From positions 54,088 to 74,087 of IMG/VR virus record IMGVR_UViG_3300021519_000008: a stretch of DNA of 20,000 bases; one strand, 5' to 3'. Shown piece after piece: positions 8,201 to 17,200 of the stretch. How positions within the stretch are numbered: position 1 is the first letter of the stretch; every line of letters begins with the position of its first letter. This stretch comes from an uncultured virus (IMG/VR IMGVR_UViG_3300021519_000008) (lineage: Duplodnaviria; Heunggongvirae; Uroviricota; Caudoviricetes). Both the position numbers and the translations under genes were made by a program. Below the pieces are notes generated by a model. That model did no database searches and was not told the DNA's origin. It was given only the letters and a program-made list of their open reading frames with translations.

Positions 8201-11200
8201 CTTAACTCAAGAAGAACACTCAGAAGTAATACAACAAGCTTCAGTTATAACTGCTAGAGAGAAGGAAACTCTTAAAGACGAAGACATATTACAACCTCAA
8301 GACGAGGATATAACATTAAACTCTTTACTTAAATCTATTGAAGCTGCTCCTGCAGAGATTCAAGTAGAGAATGAGATGGGTAATGTAGAAACAAAAAGAA
8401 ATGAAGAAAGAGTTACTAGAGAGCGTAGAGCTGTTATGTCTATTCCTAGAGCTAAATCTAAAGAACAAGCAAGAGGTAGAGTTAAAGCTATCTTTAAGAT
8501 ACTAGGTTATGATACTGAACAAATAAATAAAGCTTTAGAAGATCTTAACAAAGTATTTGATAATCAAGAAGTTACAAGTCCAGGTGAAATCTATGAAGGA
8601 TTTCTTCGCTTCCTTGATTCAAACTTATTACGTTCTTTACCTGATAGAGCTATTACAACTTCAGAAGATGTATTAGCTGAAGAACCTATAGTAACAGAAA
8701 CAGTAACTACTCCTACATCTACAGATGCTGTAGCTGATATAGAAAAAAGAAGACAAGAAGAGTTAAACAGAGAGGTGTATGGATATAATTATGAAGTAAA
8801 CTATAGACCAGATGTAGCAGCAGAATATGATACAGTCTTACAAGACTGGATTGACACTCCTAGTTATGCAGAAAGCAGAGAAAGAAATATTGAAGCAAAA
8901 AGAAAATATCTAGAAATCAATGCTAAGTATGATGCGGAATTAGCTGCTTTAGGACAGACTAGCACTACAATATCTGAAGAGGATGCTTTATTTGGAACTA
9001 ATGAAGAGATTGATGCTCGTAGAGGAGCAACAGAAGTTGTTGTACAAGGTCCTACAATAGATGCAGCAGATGAAGTAATAACTGAAACTCCTATTCCTGT
9101 AGTGGATCCATTAGATGGTTTAGAAGTAGTTGCTGCAAAGAGTATAGACTCTCCTAATCTAGTAGCAACTATTCCTACGGTATTTACAAATAGTAATGCA
9201 GTAGTACAAAGTTCTATTATGAGAACGATCAGTCAATCCTTAGAGTCTTTTAATTTAAAGTTAGTAGATATGTTCTCTTTTATAAGAGAGACTTTAGGAG
9301 AGTCAGCTATGCCTACCTTAGAGAAGATCTATAATAATGTAACAGAGGCGCTTAAAACAAACGACACAGAAACTATTGCTAGACTTAAAGAAGAGTACTT
9401 AGCTGTATTCAGTGGTAGTACATTTGCTAATGAGCAGTTAGAATATATCTGGAAAACACAATACGTAAACGGAAAACCTGATGCTTCCATTCCTTTCCAA
9501 GACTTAGCTTATGTTACCAATGGACAGTTTGCTACAGCATATCAAGGAGACGAAGTAATTGTTACTGCAGTAAAAAAAGAGACAGGAGAAGTGTTTACTT
9601 ATAATGCAACTGTAACAGGCAAAGTAAATGAATCAAACCAAATCGAAGTAAAGACTCGTAACGGTAATATAGTTTATATTAAGAAGAGCAACCTTCAAAC
9701 TATTGCTCCTAGAACAATAAGTGTAAGAGCAAACTTTAATCAAACTAACTCTATTATGATGACTGCAGTAGATAGAACTACTGGAGAAATTGCTAAGTTT
9801 AATTCTAATGGAGAAAGAGATGCTCAAGGAGATACACAGTTAAATACATTTGTTCCTCAAGCAAACCCAACAATGATTGAAGTAAGAAAGAGTCTTGCTT
9901 CAGGTCAACCTGTTGCTCACACTCTTCCTATACACGCAGGAGCAAGAATCAATAGTGCTTTTGCTTATGAAAAAGGAAAGACTTCTGTTTACTTAACAGC
10001 TTCGGTTACAGGAATTAATACTGATATACAAACAGTAGCACCTATAGTAGATGTAGAAAACATTCCAATAGAGCAAGCTCCTACTGCAGAAATTATTAAA
10101 GAAACAGAAGCAAAAATAAAAAGAAAAGACTTATTTGATGGAGTAGGAGAATTTTCTAGAATACTAGGGAATAGCGGAGTAGATTCTGTACCAGTATCTC
10201 ACTCCGAAAATAATGGGATAGAATTGGTTCAGTATGCAAATCCAAAAACTGGATCAGTCGATGTAATTGTTACGGGTACTTCTGATAATGACTTTGTTGG
10301 GTTCTATCGTATTTACGAAGATGGGAAGCCCACAAATAAATGGAGTTCAAAGTTTGAAAACCAATCTAGAAATAAAGAAAACTTTAAGACTATGATGGGC
10401 AGCGTGCAGGCTATATTACCAGAGGGGCATGAATACACAGAGAAAGCTTCTATTTCTACGGATGGATTAAGAGTATGGAATCAGCAATTAGCTCGTGGAT
10501 ATGAATTGCAATACGATGAAAGTGGTAAACTAAAAACAAATTTAGTAGCCATTAATGGGGATGCTATTCAAAACGAATTAGGCATACCTGTAGAGAAGGG
10601 AAATTTTGAAAATATAAAAGTAAAAACAAAAGAAGAATATGAGATAGCCAAGAAAGCTTTGTTACCTTATATGGAAAAATTTGGGTTAAACGAAAGTAAT
10701 ATTAATTGGTACACTGGTACTATTAAAATTGACTTACCTGTATTAAAAAAATCTTCACAACCTATAGATGCTAAAGCTGATATAGAAAAAAGAAGACAAG
10801 AAGAGTTAATTATTCCTAATACAAATGTTTCTTTGTATGACAGTGTTAAAAAACTAGAAAAAGGTATTGAAGGTATTACAAACAAAATAACTGAATTAGA
10901 AAAGAAAGGTAAAGGTATTATTGCTAATCAAATAACAGGAGTTACATCTCTTTCTGGACTAGCAACCGACAGGAAAAGATTAAAAGACATTCGTGAAAAA
11001 GAGTTGCAGAAAATAGACAAAATCAATGCTAAGTACGATGCAGAACTAGCTGCTTTAGGACAACCAGCATTTGAACCAGAAGTAACTACTAACTTAAGTA
11101 AAGATGAATTAGCTATTCTTTCTTTTGATACTAGTCAGATAGACAATCTAGAGATTTCTGAAAATTCTATAAATCAAAGTGATGCGAAAGAGATAGAGGA

Positions 11201-11222
11201 TGCAGCAAGCTGTAAACTATAA
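5289..11222 (+). CDS. Giant virion ejection/cargo protein, 1977 aa, modular (membrane-inserting region, EF-hand-like loop, internal repeats)
   Basis: G/A-rich hydrophobic segments and EGATE/EGAEE motifs typical of podophage ejection proteins, DLDGDGRITERD loop, and two ADIEKRRQEEL...INAKYDAELAALGQ repeats. Directly upstream of the RNAP, as for the large partner proteins in crAss-like phages. Confidence 0.7.
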   Translation: MPIEPVYNVPPKSGILTSRTVKLGDTEASRGLVDADISARNTQAQVAQINQQKEAIKLKAANDAKIDGALTTAAQVNLESAGALRPGILFALPSAKGTMGPQLTTEYQLVNQEKNRSKQILTESFAEKDPISEELDKKLGQVEDELNAFTSRKQQGSAITSVGAEAGGGAGGFLQDFIAEKALGQDTSLNKEQELKNTIANLKQSQATINSFKSDLQLKKFTTDYLTELKGQGKKFGEQEAATLMQKAKEITANQRHLTRGDDLYDDNTYNTYIKDFQGKNDFFDWRHTDISLGNAINSVYNQVKSAQGPEREELVGVLNQLQGYSKRHEGSNKDAYDHYYGGSKQYYKENTPWKTYLGNQIGGGVGEGLYNALGTIVSTSQDLLGYHSAAFASRQGKDKYFSADMLQADLDGDGRITERDQDINGQYQYIGKNVTYIKAGDGPDKKGRGDIGFIGQSVLGASVRTLAEMAPTLLLTRGMMAAGAGMRIATFAPVALTSTIRSYEENRKFFKDKGTAALVSSVQGIIEGATESIVPDISYFMGNKSLGTKALNNSSRKYFTAQTLVPEFTTLSNAGKNFLLGTVYAGKALGKQTLQEGAEEELSMFANYILDKQLETKDDLYGKREQELDDSSVEGFFKSVAKTFVESAAAGLLMSGTAIGSSRTEDRNYMRFNIANNPDQFKAELKSQLEAKKITQDQYNKGILETGRLSQLQEQATSTMMNLVDSENLLEDHDKQYEYFSKLLTRDDLLTKVDYNALSETEKAEYVKKVETVEKEIDSFENSARQYANMPKEEKEGILAKMFQKNLETVKNTNNPAVLSENLEAITDAIEIGEKTGKGSQVVISGRQQVREALVGQIERLQTVEDNGNTVYENQLLNTPIESAGESMQISNAVKLENLLTQNKNLVSPAVRQQLLGKIAQASSVARERLNSLSKKEQKKVIARELARVELIYPGTAFNKERLKTLFGQDLTQEEHSEVIQQASVITAREKETLKDEDILQPQDEDITLNSLLKSIEAAPAEIQVENEMGNVETKRNEERVTRERRAVMSIPRAKSKEQARGRVKAIFKILGYDTEQINKALEDLNKVFDNQEVTSPGEIYEGFLRFLDSNLLRSLPDRAITTSEDVLAEEPIVTETVTTPTSTDAVADIEKRRQEELNREVYGYNYEVNYRPDVAAEYDTVLQDWIDTPSYAESRERNIEAKRKYLEINAKYDAELAALGQTSTTISEEDALFGTNEEIDARRGATEVVVQGPTIDAADEVITETPIPVVDPLDGLEVVAAKSIDSPNLVATIPTVFTNSNAVVQSSIMRTISQSLESFNLKLVDMFSFIRETLGESAMPTLEKIYNNVTEALKTNDTETIARLKEEYLAVFSGSTFANEQLEYIWKTQYVNGKPDASIPFQDLAYVTNGQFATAYQGDEVIVTAVKKETGEVFTYNATVTGKVNESNQIEVKTRNGNIVYIKKSNLQTIAPRTISVRANFNQTNSIMMTAVDRTTGEIAKFNSNGERDAQGDTQLNTFVPQANPTMIEVRKSLASGQPVAHTLPIHAGARINSAFAYEKGKTSVYLTASVTGINTDIQTVAPIVDVENIPIEQAPTAEIIKETEAKIKRKDLFDGVGEFSRILGNSGVDSVPVSHSENNGIELVQYANPKTGSVDVIVTGTSDNDFVGFYRIYEDGKPTNKWSSKFENQSRNKENFKTMMGSVQAILPEGHEYTEKASISTDGLRVWNQQLARGYELQYDESGKLKTNLVAINGDAIQNELGIPVEKGNFENIKVKTKEEYEIAKKALLPYMEKFGLNESNINWYTGTIKIDLPVLKKSSQPIDAKADIEKRRQEELIIPNTNVSLYDSVKKLEKGIEGITNKITELEKKGKGIIANQITGVTSLSGLATDRKRLKDIREKELQKIDKINAKYDAELAALGQPAFEPEVTTNLSKDELAILSFDTSQIDNLEISENSINQSDAKEIEDAASCKL
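8719..8956 (+). repeat. Bipartite internal repeat, copy 1 (left flank 8719-8766, right flank 8914-8956)
   Basis: 8732-8766 is identical over 35 bp to 10775-10809. 8914-8956 matches 11020-11062 at 40 of 43 bp. Confidence 0.95.
10762..11062 (+). repeat. Bipartite internal repeat, copy 2 (left flank 10762-10809, right flank 11020-11062)
   Basis: Same flanks as copy 1, but the intervening sequence is unrelated and differs in length (210 bp vs 147 bp). Confidence 0.95.
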
Positions 11223-11252
11223 TAATTAAGTTTTAAAAGTATCAAACTAAAG

Positions 11253-11262
11253 TATATTTGTA
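11253..11262 (+). promoter_or_regulatory. TATATTTGTA promoter (-7 element) immediately upstream of the RNAP gene
   Basis: Same 10-mer as at 1163 and 18904, located in a 43 bp intergenic gap. No clear TTG -33 element. Confidence 0.7.
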
Positions 11263-11265
11263 AAG

Positions 11266-14200
11266 ATGGCAAAAATAAACTGTCCTGATAGGGGTAATAA
11301 AGATTTCTTAGATTTAAGTAATGCACTAGGCAGTGATGCTTTAGCTAAATTTATATGGTATAAGAATGGCAACCTTCCTTTAAATCAAACAGAGGACGCA
11401 GAGGGAAACATTGTACTTAGTGAAGTATATGATCGTATACTAAATGAAGTTGCAGAAGGTAATGAGGCACAAGCTTTAGCTATGGTCTCTACTATGTATC
11501 TTCCTAATTTCCAAGAAAAGTATAGAGAGGAAGATCCAGCCTTTACAGTTGACTACATCAAACAGGAAGTACAAGATCGTCAAGACAGAGCAGCTAAGAG
11601 ACAAGGACAACTTATAGAAGAGAAGATAATTCCAGGTACAAAAACTCTTTATATTCAAACACCTGAAGGAGACATTATATACACTCAAGAAGAGGGTAAG
11701 GAAATCTTTGACAGCTTAGAGTATTTATTGGCTACAAAGAAAAGTTGGAAAAGTACTGTTGACGCTTTGAAAGAAAGATTTGAAGACATTAGAACTAAAG
11801 TAAAAAACTCTACTGTAGATCCTAATGTTATAGTTACACCCCAAGATACTCTAGTAGGAAAGAATCTTGTTAACATTCTAAAGAACTGGCCTCAAGTAAA
11901 AGCTTGGTATCTAAGTCAAGAATCTGTATTTGGATTAGAAGCAATAGATGATGAGGTTAATCAAGAAGTAGGCAATAAGATTTACAATAAGAATGCGCAT
12001 GACTCAAGTCAGATGGATTTGGCTTCATCCCAAGTTATCAAACTAGTACAAGCTTTACCTAAGTACAATAAACTAACTACACAAGATAGAAAAGATATTA
12101 AGTCAGGTAAGAAAAGTATATCTGACTTTCAAGTAATAAGTAACATTACTGGATTTCCTGTAGTAGGAAACTTCTCTACTAACTGGAATGTACTTACTTC
12201 AAGTCTATCAGGAATAACTGAATACCCTAAAATTCTTGCAGAGTTAGCGGTAGTAGCACAAGAGTACCCACAGTTTAATGATATGGTTTCTTTGCTTCCT
12301 GAAGAGGATGTACAAGACGTAGACTTAAACACAGCAAACTTTGTAGCTTCTTTTGTACAGACAGTCTCTATGCCAGAAATTCTTGCATATCAACTATCTG
12401 TTAAAAAACTTACAGGTTCTACTGAATCAAGTAACTTAGTTAGTAAAGTATTCCAACTAGGTACTAGAACAACTGATAACTTAGTTAGGTACTTTGATGA
12501 GGATTACTTTAAGTCTAATCCTAAGTACGGAACTGTTAATGACAAAGGTGAGACAGTTTTAAATGTACCTAAGTTATTAGAGGATTTTAGTTACATAAAG
12601 AACATCAAACAATTCTTTGCAGGACGTAATAAACTTACAAACGAGAAGGGAGATTATACTCCAGAAGGCAAAGAGTTATTACAAGGGATACATAAGTTCT
12701 ACAATGCCTTAGGTATTATTCCTACTAATGCACTTTACCAAAAAGATAAGAAAGCGCTTTACGACTTTTTATCTGATACTACTTTTACTGTAAGAGAACT
12801 GTATGACAAATTAGAAGAAAGTATAGATAACACTTCTATTACTCAACCTTTACAATTTTTAGGTAAGTCACAGGGACCAGGTAAAGCACTAGGACCTAAG
12901 TTTGATGCTATTAATGCAGTTGTAGGATACTATGGTAAATTTGAAAGAGAGTTTGCTTCAGGTTCTTACTTTAACTCTGAAGATAAACTTCAGTATAATA
13001 GAGTACAGTACTTCTACCTTACTCAAGTAACTAATGCTTTAAACTCTGTAAAGAGTTATAACGAACTTATAGCTAAGCCAGAGTTTGCTCACCTTGATGT
13101 TAGATTGAATCCTAACATTATAGGATCTCTTTGGTTAGAAAAAATGTTTGGTATTACTGTTAAGGATAAAACCTTACCTCAGTTATACAAAGAACTTAAT
13201 TCAGGTAAACAGTTTCCTAGACTCAAAACACAGTTTAGTAAACAAGACTTTAAGATTAACATTGTAAACTTCTCAGGAGTTAAGGTTGAAGCAGATTTAA
13301 AAGACGGTGTAACTACTACCGAACTTACTTCGGAAGATAAAATTATACAAGATTTTGCTTCTTTCTTCCAAGAAGGTATGACAGAGAACATCCGCTTTGG
13401 AGACAAAGGAACTTCTTATGCTACCATGACCTCAGGTAAAGTAGAAGAAAGAATGTACGTACCTTTAGATCCTGCAGTATTAGGTAGTAATGAAAAGTCT
13501 ACTGTAGTAGAAAAAGTACTAGCAGACCAATTCAAAGCTTATCTAACTTCAGAAGTAGCAAGAGTACTTAACATTCTAAATAGCGATAAGAAGCACGTAT
13601 ACAATACAAAAGGAAAAGAGTTGTTCATATTCAAAGACATCCTTCCTAAAGAAGATTATGCTGACTTAACTAGTAGCGACAAAGCAACTGTTATAGCAGC
13701 CTTTACTCGTGTTAGTGATCAATTACCTACTCACTTGAGTAAGTACTTTGAAACACAAACTGCTCTCTACAAACAACGTCTAATAGAATCTACACTAGGA
13801 GACAAGAGTGCTATTACTGATAACTCTACTGAACAACAAAAGGATCAAGACTTAGCAAATATGTTAAATGCTTTAAACTTTGCTAATCCTGCCTTGTTTA
13901 AAAAGAATAAGATTACTCCACAAAACTTAGACTACGTTATAGCTAACTACTTAAAGAATGATTTCATTCATAAGGTAGAGTTCATGAAAGTCTTTGTAGG
14001 AGATATTGCTAACTTTCAAGTTAAGGGAGACTTCCGTGAGGTATTTAAACGTATTCCTTTTACTTCTTCTCCTGGATTTGTATTCCAAGACAATGCTGCT
14101 GTAATGGCTCACTTAAATAATAGTGGAAATACTAATGGGTTATACAAAGCATTAAGAGGAGCAACTCAGAAGTTTCGTAAGACAGTTAGAACAGTTGTCT

Positions 14201-17200
14201 TTAATGATGTAAATACTTTTAGTAAAGAAGACTGGCCTACTTACAGAGCAGCTTTAGGACTTCCTGATACATTAGAGTACCAAGAGTATGTCAACTCTCC
14301 TAAGGAAGCAGATGCTCAGGGTTTAGTTAGTTTAGATTTCTATCGTAACTATCTTATAGGATTAGGTCAATGGTCTCAAGAACAAGAGAACGCTTACTTA
14401 AATGAGATTGAAGTATTTAAAATCCTAAACAAGAAAGATAAAACTGAAGAGGACTATGCAAAGATGCAAGAACTCAAAGACAGTACAAACTACGTAGGAT
14501 TTCCTCCACTTAAGTTAGGTCACTACGGAGCTATTGTAGAGGATCCCAAGTTAACTGCTTTACATAAGTATTCTTTGGCTCCAATGATTCCTTCTATGAT
14601 TGCAGGAACCCAACTAGAGGAGTTGAATAAGCAAATGATTGCTAAGCAAATTGACTATGCAACATTTAACTCAGGTTCTAAAGCTTCTAACTATGGAGAT
14701 GCTTTGGACTTTTATGTACCAGATGCAGACAATGCAGGTACACTTAAAGTAAATCCTAGTATTAAAGGAAACAATATTACATCCCTACACTTAAAGAACC
14801 TTAAACAACAGCAGTATATTGCTCCTAAGTTGAAGAATGAAGCTACTCTCTCTACACAGATGGTTAAGCTTATTTTTGGGGATTTTTTTACTGCAGGAAA
14901 CCTAAGCAACTTGAATGCAAGTACTGCTAAGACAGTACAAAATTTATACAAAGAGTATGATCAAGTACTTGGTAATATTATTGGAATAGAAGAAGCTAAC
15001 TTGTTTCATAAATTAGGTTTAACTAGAGACTCTAACGGAGCTATATTAGGATTTGATAACAAGAAGTTCTATAACTTCCTAAAGAGTGAGATGGATAAGA
15101 GAGACACTAGTCAATCTCTTAGGCGCTACATTCAATTAGATGCAGCAGGAAACATCAAGTATCCCTTAGATGCTACTAAAAATAGAGCAGAGATAGAAAA
15201 CATTTTATTGTCTATTATCAATAATAAGATTATCTCTCAAAAAATTCACGGAGAGTCTTACATTCAAATGGCTTCTACAGCTCAAGGTAATACGAGATTT
15301 ACTAAGCCTACTGAAGAACAGATTAAGAAGTTTGGAATTAATGGATTAAGATTCTACCGTAAAGGGGTAAATGGTACAGAGCCTGCAGATGTTAAGATTG
15401 CGTTTAATCCTAAGAAACATGCTCCTCTATTAAACTTAACCTTTAAAGGACAGAAGATTGGTACAGTAGAAAGACTTAATAAAATTTTAAAGTCTAACAA
15501 CAGAGAAGCAGTAGAATGGGTAGATCAACATACAAAACAACTTAGCTTAGTAGGAGTACGTATTCCTGTACAGGGTTTAAACTCTATGGAGTATTTTAGG
15601 GTAAGAGAGTTCTTACCTACTAGTGCAGGTCCTGTAATTGTTGTTCCTGCTCAGATAGTTGTTAAGTCTGGTTCTGACTTTGATATAGATAAGTTAACTA
15701 TGTTTGAACCTAAATTGGATCAGAATGGTCAGTTGATTAGCGATGCAGGATTTACACTATCTAATTATAATAGTGCACTACCTAGTAAAGCAGAGTCTGT
15801 AAGATTGTTAAAGACCCTAAGAGCAGCTAAACAGTCTTTAGTTGAAACCCTAGAAACTATTCCTTCTTACTTAAACAAAAAAGAATTAGAGAAAGAGATA
15901 AAAGAGCTTAACGAATCTATGTCTTCTACCGAGGAGAACATAGGCAAGTTTGCTAATACAAAAATGAACTTAGAAGAACTTCAGGCTTTAATGTCAGAAG
16001 GATCTACTGAGAAAGAAGACTTGATTAAACAAAAGATAGAAGAAGTTAAAGCGTTAAGTAAGTCTGGGGAATTAGCGAGTGCATTATCTGCATTGAAAGC
16101 ACTCAAAAATGAAATTGGAGATTACTCATCTGTTGTGTCTAACGTAAACAACTTTAAAGATGGAAACGTTAATAGACTTATAGATGTGTTTACTTCAGTT
16201 ATCTCAATGCCTGAAAACTATAACAAGTTAGTTCTTCCTAACACAAACACAATTCTAACAAGTATTTCTGATAAATTAGATCAGAATCCAATTACTTCTA
16301 CTGGTTTGTTTAGTCCTCTTACATCTAATCGTGTATACGGAGATAACATTGAATCTAAGAAAGCTTTGGGTATTGATGCTAAACTTAACACAATGCAGAA
16401 GGAATTCCAGATTGCAGGTTTAGTTTACAATAACGAACTTTCTGGATTTTATCCTTTTGATGCAAACAGAGTAAATGGAGGTATTAGCTTAGGAGAACAA
16501 ACTCTTACAGATGGAACTGTTATCTCTAGGGTAATCAGTGAAACAATTAACGGGCACGTAGATATTGCAAAAGAAGATTGGATTATTCTTTTAGGTTTAG
16601 ATAAAGCTAAGACTCCTCTCTTTCATGCTATGATTCTTGCAGGTACTCCTGTAAGAACTGCTTTAGATTTCTTGAATAAGCCTTTAGTTAAATATGTACT
16701 TAAAGAATCTAACAGAGGTCTGTTGTTTAAACAAATTGGAATGAGAAGAAGAAGACCAGTTAGTATGACATTTAAGAATGTAATGGTGCAAACATTAAAA
16801 GACTTAAATGTATCCGACAACACTAAGTCTTACATTAATATTGCAATAGATACTTTTAGTAATAAAGATGTAGTTAAGTTTAAACCTTTGATGATGGATT
16901 TAAATCGTTTCATCACTGAAGGTGGAGTTAACAATGAATCAGATAAACAACAACTAGAAGATTTGTTTAACTTGTATATAATTAAAGAGTTACAAGGATC
17001 AGTTCAACAGTTAACTAGTTTAGTAGATTACAACACTAAGAGATTCCAAAACTCCTATCAAGTAAAAGCAGATGCAATTACTTATGGCAGAGTAGTAGAA
17101 AGTTTTAATAGAGACGGTTTAAATAAACTTACACAAGATTCTGCTTTATCTAACTTTAACCAAGCAGGAACAGTTCTTTCCATCATGCCACAAGTATTTG

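Noticed and set aside
8719..11062. Repeats as a CRISPR array, DGR template/variable pair or IS ends
   Set aside because: There are only two in-frame coding copies about 2 kb apart. The mismatches are few and mostly synonymous rather than an adenine-specific pattern, and the window has no reverse transcriptase, cas or transposase gene.
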